From the sequence record KY555145.1: 64,000 nt of DNA; one strand, 5' to 3'. Positions 1 through 8,785 of this stretch are shown one piece after another. The position numbers and the translations under genes were made by a program. The notes under the pieces are model-generated. The model did no database searches, had not been told where the DNA came from, and worked only from the letters and a program-made list of their open reading frames with translations. The number at the start of each line of letters is the position of its first letter. Position 1 is the stretch's first letter.

Positions 1-1
1 C

Positions 2-1114
2 ACGGTCGTCCTGGCTGGTCTGCCGACCGCCGGAGCCCGCGTCCAGATCAGCGACGGCGTCAAGACGGTGCCCTTCCAGTTCGGCGGCTCGGCGGCTCAG
101 CCGACCGTGGTCGTCACCCTCGGCGCCGACGAGACGGAGACCGCCCAGAACCTCGCCGACGCGATCAACAAGCTGCGCGTGCGCAAGCAACTGGAAGTCG
201 GGGCCTCGGCCGCGACCGGCACCGTGACCCTGCGCAACCTGCTGGTCACCGGCGGCTCGATCATCGAGACCGTGGCCGACGCCAATGTCACCGTGACCAA
301 CTTCTCGGGCGGCGACGCCTCGCTGCGCGGCGTGTTCACGATCGAAGCGCTGACCGACGACAAGATCACCGTCAACCCCGCGCCCGCGACCCTGGCCAAC
401 ACGACGGCCAAGGTCAACATCAAGGGCTCGATGCTCCGCAACCCGTTCGACCCGGACGTGATCACGGCGCAGTCGTTCACCTTCGAGACCGGCTTCGAGG
501 ACGTCGACCAATACTACCTCGCCGACGGCATGCGGATCGGCACGATCGCGCTGAACATCGCCGCCAACTCGATCCTGACGGGCTCGTTCGGTCTGCAAGG
601 CCGCGCCTCGACCCGCCAGAACACCTCCAAGCTCGGCGAAGCGCCCTACACCGCGCTCCAGACGACCGCGACGCCCGTGGCCAACGCCACCGTCAACGTC
701 GGCAAGATCGCGATGAACGGCGAAGAACTGTCGACCGCCGTGCAGTCGATCGCCATCAACGGCACGAACAACCTGCGTGACCAGATGGCCGTGGGCTACA
801 AGTTCCCCGCCGGCATCGGCGCGGGCCGCATGGAAATCTCCGGCTCGCTGGTCGCCTACTTCGCCGACGGCAACCTGTGGGACAAGTTCATCAACCACGA
901 GACCGTCTCGGTGAGCTTCCCGCTGACCGACGTGCTGGGCAACCACTACGAGTTCACGATCCCGGCGGCGAACTTCTCGACCGACACCGTGAACCCGGCC
1001 GGCGGCAACCAGGACATCATGGAGAACCTGGAATACACCGCCAAGCGCGACCCGGTCACCGACTGCCAGTTCCAGATCGACCGCTACTCGTCGATCTTCG
1101 CGAACACGAACTAA
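2..1114 (+). CDS. Major tail tube protein (5'-truncated by window edge)
   Basis: Frame is open from base 2; C-terminal phage tail tube-like domain (Thr/Gly/Ala-rich beta protein ending NMEYTAKRDP-like motif); lies directly upstream of chaperone and tape-measure genes. Confidence 0.8.
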   Translation, partial: TVVLAGLPTAGARVQISDGVKTVPFQFGGSAAQPTVVVTLGADETETAQNLADAINKLRVRKQLEVGASAATGTVTLRNLLVTGGSIIETVADANVTVTNFSGGDASLRGVFTIEALTDDKITVNPAPATLANTTAKVNIKGSMLRNPFDPDVITAQSFTFETGFEDVDQYYLADGMRIGTIALNIAANSILTGSFGLQGRASTRQNTSKLGEAPYTALQTTATPVANATVNVGKIAMNGEELSTAVQSIAINGTNNLRDQMAVGYKFPAGIGAGRMEISGSLVAYFADGNLWDKFINHETVSVSFPLTDVLGNHYEFTIPAANFSTDTVNPAGGNQDIMENLEYTAKRDPVTDCQFQIDRYSSIFANTN

Positions 1115-1121
1115 GGGCTTA

Positions 1122-1145
1122 GTCACGATTCCCCCGAATCGTGAC
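1122..1145. repeat. Perfect 10-bp inverted repeat GTCACGATTC-N4-GAATCGTGAC
   Basis: Seen directly, just after the tail tube stop; each arm contains a GANTC site. Confidence 0.75.
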
Positions 1146-1206
1146 AGCCCCACCCGCTTCCCCCGATAGACCAAAGTCCCCAGGACAGAAGTCTCAGCGC
1201 TGAGCA

Positions 1207-1237
1207 GGGCCGCCCGGAAATCGGGGCCGGGCGGCCC
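1207..1237 (+). terminator. GC-rich 11-bp hairpin without U-tract (weak terminator or mRNA-stabilising stem)
   Basis: GGGCCGCCCGG pairs with CCGGGCGGCCC; no poly-T follows. Confidence 0.4.
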
Positions 1238-1264
1238 ACCCTCCCCGATACGGAATCCCCGAAC

Positions 1265-1693
1265 ATGACCGACAAGATCAAGATCGACATGCTGGACCTC
1301 TTCTCGACCGATCGCGAGTCGGAAGAAGCGGGCGTCTGGATTTACCTGGACGAGGCCGAGCAGACCGGTTTCAAGATTCGCGCCCTGGGCGCCAAGGCGG
1401 TCCTCGACCTGCGCGAGGAACTGACCAAGAAGTACCAGTCTCTGATCCGCGCGGGCGGCAAGCTCCCGGACGAGAAGGTCGAGGAAATCAACCTGAAGGT
1501 CATCGCCGGCGGCGTGCTGGCGGACTGGAAGGGTATCATCGTCGGCGGCGAGGAAATCCCCTACAGCGCCGAGGCGGCCTATACGGTCCTGAGCAACCCG
1601 AAGCTGGGCAAGATGTCCGCCTTCATCGCCCAGCACTCGATGGACGCCCAGAACTATCGCGACGACGCCCGTGAGGACGCCGCAAAAAACTAA
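1265..1693 (+). CDS. Tail assembly chaperone (lambda gpG-like)
   Basis: 142 aa, between tail tube and tape measure; ends GCA AAA AAC TAA with a slippery heptamer. Confidence 0.85.
   Translation: MTDKIKIDMLDLFSTDRESEEAGVWIYLDEAEQTGFKIRALGAKAVLDLREELTKKYQSLIRAGGKLPDEKVEEINLKVIAGGVLADWKGIIVGGEEIPYSAEAAYTVLSNPKLGKMSAFIAQHSMDAQNYRDDAREDAAKN
1684..1690 (+). other. Programmed -1 frameshift slippery site A AAA AAC
   Basis: X XXY YYZ heptamer in frame at the end of the chaperone ORF; the -1 frame is open from 1690 to 2160. Confidence 0.85.
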
Positions 1694-2160
1694 CGGCGGC
1701 TCTGGAGTTCACGCTCAGCCAGAAGCACGGGGGCAGTGGGCGCGTCAAGTCGGCGGCCCGCGCCCCCAATGCTGAATCGCCTGACGACTGGCTGGCGCGG
1801 ATCAAGGCTCAGAACTCCGCTCCTCCGCCGAGCGCGGACGACGAGTTCGACCTGAACGCAGAGCCGAAGGGGATTGAGCCCTATCCGGACCTCCTGTGGG
1901 TCTGGGACGGTTTCTGGCGCCTCTCGAACAAACGCCCCAACGGCATGTCCGGCCCGATGCGGATTCCGACCTCGGAGATCGAGGCCTTCACCCGCATCCG
2001 GCGCTGGGACTACGCCAAGAGCAACGAATTCCTGTTCTACGTCGACATGATGGACGAGGTCTACATGGCCCACGTCGCCAAGGTCCTCGAAGAGCAGGAG
2101 CGCCAGCGAGAAACCGCCGCCAACAAGCCCCCGATCCACAATAAGCGGGGCCGCCGATAG
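1690..2160 (+). CDS. Frameshift extension of tail chaperone (gpT-like; G-T fusion is 1265..2160)
   Basis: -1 frame reads LTAALEFTLSQKH...WDGFWRLSNKRPNGMSGPMRIPTSEIEAF..., the same frame as the listed ORF 1945..2160. Confidence 0.8.
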   Translation, partial: LTAALEFTLSQKHGGSGRVKSAARAPNAESPDDWLARIKAQNSAPPPSADDEFDLNAEPKGIEPYPDLLWVWDGFWRLSNKRPNGMSGPMRIPTSEIEAFTRIRRWDYAKSNEFLFYVDMMDEVYMAHVAKVLEEQERQRETAANKPPIHNKRGRR

Positions 2161-2165
2161 GATCA

Positions 2166-5100
2166 ATGGACAGCGAAGCCCTCAAGCTTAAGATCGATTC
2201 CTCGCAAGCGCGTACCGACCTGGACGCGCTTGCGAAGTCCCTCGACCGCGCGTCCAAGGCCGCCGGCTCCATGCAGTCGAACCTCGCCAAGGGGGTCGAC
2301 AAGTCCAACGAGGCCCTGTCGCGCGGGGCCAAGAACATCGAGAAGTTCGCCCGCGTCACGGCGGAACTCTCGAAGGTCAAGCTGTCCGGCGACCCGGCCA
2401 AGCAACTCACCGAATTCGCTAACGCCGTCTCGGCCGTGGCGCGCGCGCGCGAGATCAGCGCCGCCAAGCTCAATGGCCTGTCGAAGTTCGTCCAGGTCGG
2501 CGCGGCTATCTCCAAGCTGCGGTTCACCGGCGAGTCCTTCTCGGGCCTGCACGCCCTGACCCAGGCGATGGACGAGGCCGGCCGCGCCCGCGCCGTCAGC
2601 GCCGCCAAGCTCAAGTCGTTCGTCGACTACATGGAAGTCGCCGCGCGCGCCTCGCGCCTGCGCTTCTCCTCCCAGACCTCCGAAGCCCTGAAGTCCCTGG
2701 CCAGCGCCATGGACGCGGTCGCGCGCTCGCGCGTGGTCAGCCCTCAGAAGCTGGCGGCCTTCAAGGAACTCTTCGCCACCCTGGCCACCGCCAAGGGCGT
2801 GCCGAACGCCGGCGCGATCGCCCGCGACCTCGACACCATCGCCGGGGCCGCCTCGCGCGCCGCCAAGGCCATGGCGGAACTCAAGGGCGCGCGCTCGGGC
2901 ATGGGCTCGATGCGCGCCTCGGGCGGCTCCGGAGGCGGCGGAGGCATCGCTTCGGGCGCGTCCTCCAACGTCAAGCGCTTCAACGAGGAAGTCGCCAAGG
3001 TCAAGGGCCATACCGACAACGCCGCCAAGGGCGTCGACGGCCTGGGCAAGGGCCTGGGTTTCCTGACCGGCCGCTTCAACCTGTCTTATCAGGCGGGTAC
3101 GCTGTTCTCGGCGCTGTTCTCGTCCTTCACCTTCGGCCAACTGGTCAAGGGCATCTACGACACCACGGTCTCGTTCCAGAAGCTGAACAAGGCCATGCTG
3201 TTCGTCACCGGCACCTATGCCGGCGCGCACAAGGCGACCCAGGACTTCATCGACATCTCGGTGCAACTGGGCGCGTCCGTCGAAGACAACGCCGACGCCT
3301 ATTCGCGCTTCGCCATCTCGTCGGCCGCCGCCGGCCTGAAGCTGAACGACGTCAACAAAATCTACCGGTCCACCCAACTTGCCCTGACCGCCGTCGGCGC
3401 CAACAGCGAGCAGGTCGGCTATGCCTTCTACGGCCTGTCGCAGGCCATGGCGAAGGGCAAGATTTCGTCCGAAGAATTCAACCGTCAGATCGGCGAGCAA
3501 ATCCCCGGCAACGCCCAGGCGGGCGCGCGCGCCCTGTCCAAGCTGACCGGGCAGCAGAAGTCGGTCGCCGACCTCTTTGACGAGATGCGCAAGGGCACGC
3601 TCCAGTCCGCGCCGTTCCTGAAGGCCTGGGCCGACGAGATCAACCGCATGTTCGCCCCGCTGCTGCCGGAGGCCGAAAAGCGTCCTGACTTCCAACTGGG
3701 CAAGCTGAAGACCGCCTTCTCCCTCTGGAAGGCGGAAGTGGGCCGGTCGCAGTTCATCGGCGCCCTGACCACCCAGTTCAAGAAGCTCTCGGACATGTTG
3801 ATCGTGGTCGACGGGGATCACCAAGTCCTGACCGAGCGCGGGCGCAAGCTTGCCGAGTCGTTCGGCAAGGGACTGGCCCAGGCCGTCAACATCCTCGGCA
3901 ACGCCCTGGCGTGGCTGGCGGACAACCTCGACAAGGTCGTCGCCGTGATCAAGGTGGTTGGCGCCCTGGCGATCGGCAACGAGTTCGCCAAGTGGGGCCG
4001 GCAGGTCGCGGCCTTCGCCGACAACATGCTGGGCGTCAAGCGGGCGATCGAGGAAGTCTCGGCCGCCGAGACCGCCGCCTCGGGCAAGCGCGCGGTGACC
4101 TCCAAGGCCGGGGCGGTCAACGCCGTCTCGACCGTGGCGTCCGATCGCATGGCGATGGCGACCAACCGCACCCGTAACGCGGTGATGGGCGGCACCTTCG
4201 TCGCCAATGCGGTGGCTCCGGCCGTGCGTCAGTCGCCGCAGTTCTCGCAACTCTCCTACCTGACCGGCAACCCGACCTCGCCCACGCGGGGCGCGCCGAC
4301 GTTCGGCCGTCGCCAGCCCTATACCGGCACCATGACCTTCGACGCGCGCCCGACGGGCCGGGCCGGCGGCATGGGCGGCCTGTTCGCCGCCATGGGCTCG
4401 GGCGCGGCGACCGCCGCCACCGGAGCCTTCACGGGCCTGCGCAAGGCGCTCAACGTCCTGCCCGGCGTCGCCCTGGCGGGGGCCGTGGCCCTGGCGATCT
4501 TCGGCAACAGCATCACCAAGCTGAACGACAAGGCCGTCTCGTACAACAACATCGCCGCCGGCGCCCTGGGCACGGTGGGCGACGAGATCGGCAACGGCAT
4601 GACCGGGCTGATCAACGGCATCCGGGGCCTGTTCGGCGCCGAGCAGAAGGCCCAGGGCACCGGCGACTGGCTGGTGGACCTCTCGGCGACGTTGATCGTC
4701 TTCGGTAAGGCCATCTTCACCCTGGCGACCACGCTCGGTAAAATCCTCGGCACGCTGATGGCCAATGTCATCATCCCGTGGATCGAATTGGGTCAGAAGC
4801 TGGCGTCGGGCGATCTGAAGGGCGCGGCGGCCAAGTCCGGTGAAATCCTCATGGGTCAACTGGGCAAGGGTAACCGCGAGCGCTGGGCCGAACTGGGCAA
4901 GGAACTGGGCAAGGACTGGGGCAAGGCCCTGGACTACGCGGGCACGCGCCAGTCGATCGTCAACGGCGCCCTGAAGTCGGCGGCCGGCGACAGCGCCACC
5001 CCGCAGGGTGCCTCCGACAAATTGACCGAGGCGGCCCTGGCGCAGATGAAGGCCGCCGACCAGCAGGCCCTCGCCGCCGCCGACCTGAAGGACGCCACGG

Positions 5101-8051
5101 CGAACTTCAAGAAGGACCTGGAGCCGCTCAACTTCAACGACCTCTTCAAGCGCGCCTCGGCCCTGGCTGATGGCAGCTTCGCACGCACCGCCGCCGCGTC
5201 CAAGCCGGGCGGCGTGATGGCGTCGCCGGCCGTGGCGACCCAACAGACCGCCGCCACCATCAAGACCGTCATGGCCTCGATGGGCGATCGCGTGTACGCG
5301 ACGGCTGGTCAGCACCTCGGACAGACCGAGGCCAAGGATGCGGCGTCGCTGCAAGCCTACTTCAAGGCCAACGGCGTCACCATCGACCCCAAGAAGCTCT
5401 CCTGGTGCGCGGCCTTCGTCAACGCGGTCCTGGCCCAGAACGGGCTCTCGGGCTCGGGCTCGCTGGCGGCTTCGTCCTTCAAGGACTATGGCGACGAGGT
5501 CTCGCGCACTGACGCCCGCAAGGGCGACATCGTCGTCCTCAAGCCCCAGGCGGCGGGCGCCACCGGTCACGTCGGCTTCCTCGACGGCTTTGACCGTCAC
5601 GGCAACGTGCGCGTCCTGGGCGGCAACCAAGGCGCGGCCGGCGGCGGCGGCGTCAACGTCTCGACCTTCGCCTCCAATCAGGTCGTCTCCTTCCGTCGCA
5701 CGGGCAGCGGCGGGGCCTCCAACTTCCAGGGCGGCGGCATCACCGAGGCCCAGGGCGAAGAAGGCGGTTCGCTGTACGAACGTCGGATGAATATGGTCAA
5801 GGCGCTTGGCACGATCACGGGCCAAGCCTCGCCTGCTGCCGACGCCATTTCTGAGTATCAATCGTCTCTCGAAAAGCTCCGTGACGTCCTGGTGTTCGAA
5901 GAAGGACTGGCTAAGAAGGTGGGTCCGGAGTTCCAGTCCATCTTCAACGCCAAGGTCCTGGAAGAGACGGTCGCCGCCCAGAAGAAGTGGAACCGCTCGA
6001 TCGTCGAGGCGCTCAACCCGATCGCCAAGGAATCCCGGACCCTGGCCGAGGCCAACGACGTCCTGCAACTGCGCGCCAAGGGCCTGTCGCAGGAAGCCGA
6101 CTGGCAAGAGCGCCTGACCGAACTGCGCAACTCCGGCATCAATGTCGACCTGATGCAGGACGAGGCCAAGTGGACCCAGTACCTGAACGAGTTGAAGAAG
6201 CAGGGCCTGGAGATCGACGTCAAGGCCCTGCAACTGAAGCCGGACGAACTGCGCTACCAGCAGGGCCGCGCCGAGGCGCTCCAGGCTGAACTCGACCTGA
6301 CCAAGGCGCTGAACGACGCCAAGCTGGCGGGCATCGCCCGCACCGGTTCCAGCTATGACCGCACCCTGTCGGGCCTCGTCGCCGGCAAGGGCCGCGACGG
6401 CGAGACGCTCGACCAGACCCGTCAGCGTCTGGCGGGCTCGGTCGGCAGCGACGGCCGCAGCGCGCTGGAAGCCCTGCAAGAGCAGGCCGGCGTGATGGAA
6501 GGCTCGCGCATGGCCGACGTCAAGGCCAGCATGCAGTCGCAGCTTGAGATCATGCGCGAGAGCGCGCGCCTCAACAACACCCAGCGCGGCATCTACGACG
6601 ACTACCGCAATATCCTGGGCGAACTGCTGAACAAGCAGGGCGCCTCGCTGAAGGAATTGCTGGACTCGGCCGACGAGGAGACCAAGCGTCTCGCCCAGTC
6701 GTTCGTCCGCGCCAAGGCGGACTTCGAAAACCCGCCCGGCTTCCAGAAGTGGGCCGACTCCCTGGAGCCGCTGGACAAGCGCCTCCAGGACATCAAGGCC
6801 AACTTCCTCGACAACTTCTCCGGCGGCATCACCGATGCGCTGCTGGGTGAGAAGGTCGACTGGAAGGCGATGCTGCACGATACCTTCAAGCAGATGCTGC
6901 GCGCCCAGGTCGATGAGGGTCTGAAGAGCCTCACCTACAAGCTGCTCGGCCAAGGTGGCGACCAGGGCGCGGCCCAAACCCCCGAAGCCCAGGCGCTAGT
7001 CTCGGCGGCCGATGTCCAATTGCAAGCCGGCAACAGCCTGCAACAAGCCGCCGCCAGCCTGATGCAGGCGGCTCAGACCACCGCGACCGCCGGCGCGGGC
7101 GGCGGCCTGGGCGTGATGACGGGCGGACCCGCGATGGGCGGCCTGGGCGGTCTCCTGGGCGGTGGCGGCGCCATGGGTGGCGGTGGCGGCCTCGGCGCGC
7201 TCGCCGGCGTCCTGGGCGGCGGCGATGGCACGGCGACCAACCCCTTCTCGATCGCCGACTCGATCCTCTCGCCGCTGGTCGTCGACCAAACGGGCGGACC
7301 GGGCTTCCAGGCGGCGGGCGCGGCGCTCCAGGGGCTGAACATCACCCCGCCGGGTGGCGGCGGCTTCCTGTCGGGCCTGGGCTCGATGTTCCAAGGCGGC
7401 CTGGGCTCGATGCTGCAAGGCGCCCTGAGCTTCGCCGGTCCGCTGCTGGGCGGCCTGCTGACGGGCGGCAAGAAGAGCCCCAAGACGCCGGCGAGCTACC
7501 GCATGCCGGGCGGCGTCATCGGTCAGGCGAGCACCAACAGCGTCTCGGGCCGCGTGGTTGGCCCCAAGCAAAACCTGATCGGCTCTCTGGCGAACCTGGG
7601 CTTCCAGTTGTTCGCGGGCGGCATGGGCGGCGGCGGCGGCCTGATGAGCATGTTCGGCATGGGCGGCGCTGGCGGCGCGGGAAGCTTCATTGGCTTCAAG
7701 GAAGGCGGCCTGACGGGCGCGCCGGTCAACCGTTATACCGTCTCCTCGCTGGGCTCGATGTTCGCCAACGCTCCGCACTATGCCGAGGGCACCAGCAACA
7801 CCAAGCTGGCCAATGGCGGCATGCCGGCGATCGTCCACCCGGACGAGGCGGTGATCCCGCTGTCGCGTGGCCGCAACGTCCCGGTGGAACTGAAGGGCGC
7901 CGGCGGCGGAAGCTCGACCACCGTGGTCTCGCCGATCACCGTCTACGCCAACGACGTCGACAGCTTCCGCCCGGCCCAGGCGCAGATCGCCCGCAAGCAG
8001 AACCGCACCCTGCGCCGCGCGGCCTTGCGCAACGCCTCGATGGTCAACTAG
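2166..8051 (+). CDS. Tail tape measure protein with internal CHAP/NlpC-like domain
   Basis: 1961 aa Ala-rich helical protein; tape-measure block (GKISSEEFNRQIGEQIPG), lambda-type C-terminal region (HPDEAVIPL), internal WCAAFV...GHVGF...LGGNQ motif. Confidence 0.95.
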   Translation: MDSEALKLKIDSSQARTDLDALAKSLDRASKAAGSMQSNLAKGVDKSNEALSRGAKNIEKFARVTAELSKVKLSGDPAKQLTEFANAVSAVARAREISAAKLNGLSKFVQVGAAISKLRFTGESFSGLHALTQAMDEAGRARAVSAAKLKSFVDYMEVAARASRLRFSSQTSEALKSLASAMDAVARSRVVSPQKLAAFKELFATLATAKGVPNAGAIARDLDTIAGAASRAAKAMAELKGARSGMGSMRASGGSGGGGGIASGASSNVKRFNEEVAKVKGHTDNAAKGVDGLGKGLGFLTGRFNLSYQAGTLFSALFSSFTFGQLVKGIYDTTVSFQKLNKAMLFVTGTYAGAHKATQDFIDISVQLGASVEDNADAYSRFAISSAAAGLKLNDVNKIYRSTQLALTAVGANSEQVGYAFYGLSQAMAKGKISSEEFNRQIGEQIPGNAQAGARALSKLTGQQKSVADLFDEMRKGTLQSAPFLKAWADEINRMFAPLLPEAEKRPDFQLGKLKTAFSLWKAEVGRSQFIGALTTQFKKLSDMLIVVDGDHQVLTERGRKLAESFGKGLAQAVNILGNALAWLADNLDKVVAVIKVVGALAIGNEFAKWGRQVAAFADNMLGVKRAIEEVSAAETAASGKRAVTSKAGAVNAVSTVASDRMAMATNRTRNAVMGGTFVANAVAPAVRQSPQFSQLSYLTGNPTSPTRGAPTFGRRQPYTGTMTFDARPTGRAGGMGGLFAAMGSGAATAATGAFTGLRKALNVLPGVALAGAVALAIFGNSITKLNDKAVSYNNIAAGALGTVGDEIGNGMTGLINGIRGLFGAEQKAQGTGDWLVDLSATLIVFGKAIFTLATTLGKILGTLMANVIIPWIELGQKLASGDLKGAAAKSGEILMGQLGKGNRERWAELGKELGKDWGKALDYAGTRQSIVNGALKSAAGDSATPQGASDKLTEAALAQMKAADQQALAAADLKDATANFKKDLEPLNFNDLFKRASALADGSFARTAAASKPGGVMASPAVATQQTAATIKTVMASMGDRVYATAGQHLGQTEAKDAASLQAYFKANGVTIDPKKLSWCAAFVNAVLAQNGLSGSGSLAASSFKDYGDEVSRTDARKGDIVVLKPQAAGATGHVGFLDGFDRHGNVRVLGGNQGAAGGGGVNVSTFASNQVVSFRRTGSGGASNFQGGGITEAQGEEGGSLYERRMNMVKALGTITGQASPAADAISEYQSSLEKLRDVLVFEEGLAKKVGPEFQSIFNAKVLEETVAAQKKWNRSIVEALNPIAKESRTLAEANDVLQLRAKGLSQEADWQERLTELRNSGINVDLMQDEAKWTQYLNELKKQGLEIDVKALQLKPDELRYQQGRAEALQAELDLTKALNDAKLAGIARTGSSYDRTLSGLVAGKGRDGETLDQTRQRLAGSVGSDGRSALEALQEQAGVMEGSRMADVKASMQSQLEIMRESARLNNTQRGIYDDYRNILGELLNKQGASLKELLDSADEETKRLAQSFVRAKADFENPPGFQKWADSLEPLDKRLQDIKANFLDNFSGGITDALLGEKVDWKAMLHDTFKQMLRAQVDEGLKSLTYKLLGQGGDQGAAQTPEAQALVSAADVQLQAGNSLQQAAASLMQAAQTTATAGAGGGLGVMTGGPAMGGLGGLLGGGGAMGGGGGLGALAGVLGGGDGTATNPFSIADSILSPLVVDQTGGPGFQAAGAALQGLNITPPGGGGFLSGLGSMFQGGLGSMLQGALSFAGPLLGGLLTGGKKSPKTPASYRMPGGVIGQASTNSVSGRVVGPKQNLIGSLANLGFQLFAGGMGGGGGLMSMFGMGGAGGAGSFIGFKEGGLTGAPVNRYTVSSLGSMFANAPHYAEGTSNTKLANGGMPAIVHPDEAVIPLSRGRNVPVELKGAGGGSSTTVVSPITVYANDVDSFRPAQAQIARKQNRTLRRAALRNASMVN

Positions 8052-8066
8052 CTGTCACCCACGACA

Positions 8067-8081
8067 GTCGTGAATCTTGAC
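8067..8081 (+). promoter_or_regulatory. Conserved phage promoter motif GTCGTGAATCTTGAC
   Basis: Intergenic, upstream of distal tail gene; one of about 11 copies. Confidence 0.7.
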
Positions 8082-8134
8082 GTTCCTGGATGATCGTGGC
8101 ATCCAGGGACACCTCCTTTCATGGTTAATGCCCG

Positions 8135-8785
8135 ATGCCGAGCTTCCACGACGTCCTGTTCCCCGAGACCATCAGCTACGGCTCGTCCGGTGGTCCGAAG
8201 TTCAAGACCACGATCTTCCAGGCCGACAGCGGCTTTGAGCAGCGCAACAAGGACTGGAGCGACATCCGCTGCGAGTACGATGTCGCCCAGTCGATCCGCT
8301 CGACCGAGGACATGGACGAGCTTCGCGCCTTCTTCATGGCCCGCAACGGCCGCGCCCACGGTTTCCGCTACAAGGACTGGGGCGACTTCCGCCTCAAGAA
8401 CCAGTTGATCGGCGTCGGCGACGGCGTCACCAAGGTCTTCCAGATCGTCAAGACCTATACCAGCGTCGCCCACGACGGCACCGAGTACACCTACACCCGC
8501 ACGATCCGCAAGCCCAAGTGGGACTCGATCGCCGGCGTCAAGGTCGGCGCCGTGGTTCAGGTCGCCCCGACCAACTACGAGGTCGACTATTCGACCGGCC
8601 TGATGACCTTCGTCACCGCGCCGCCGGCCGACGCCCCGGTCACCATTGGCCTGGGCGAGTTCCACGTCCCCGTCCGCTTCGACACCGACTTCATGGACGT
8701 CACCCAGGAGTTCTGGATGCGCGAGACGTGGCCCAACATCCCGATCGTCGAAATCCGTGACTGGCAAGAGGCCCTGACGCCGTGA
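8135..8785 (+). CDS. Distal tail protein (DUF2460 / GTA-like)
   Basis: FHDVLFP..ISYGSSGGP.F.T...SG.EQRN..W motif and C-terminal F.VPVRFDTD, typical of the family. Confidence 0.9.
   Translation: MPSFHDVLFPETISYGSSGGPKFKTTIFQADSGFEQRNKDWSDIRCEYDVAQSIRSTEDMDELRAFFMARNGRAHGFRYKDWGDFRLKNQLIGVGDGVTKVFQIVKTYTSVAHDGTEYTYTRTIRKPKWDSIAGVKVGAVVQVAPTNYEVDYSTGLMTFVTAPPADAPVTIGLGEFHVPVRFDTDFMDVTQEFWMRETWPNIPIVEIRDWQEALTP

Noticed and set aside
2163-6977. 1604-aa antisense ORF, and similar giant opposite-strand ORFs (14563..19671, 26635..29268, 37109..39364, 51734..54472, 58040..60568)
   Set aside because: Shadow ORFs of high-GC genes with strong codon bias; they lie opposite well-supported CDS, have no motifs and show low-complexity R/G/A/V composition.
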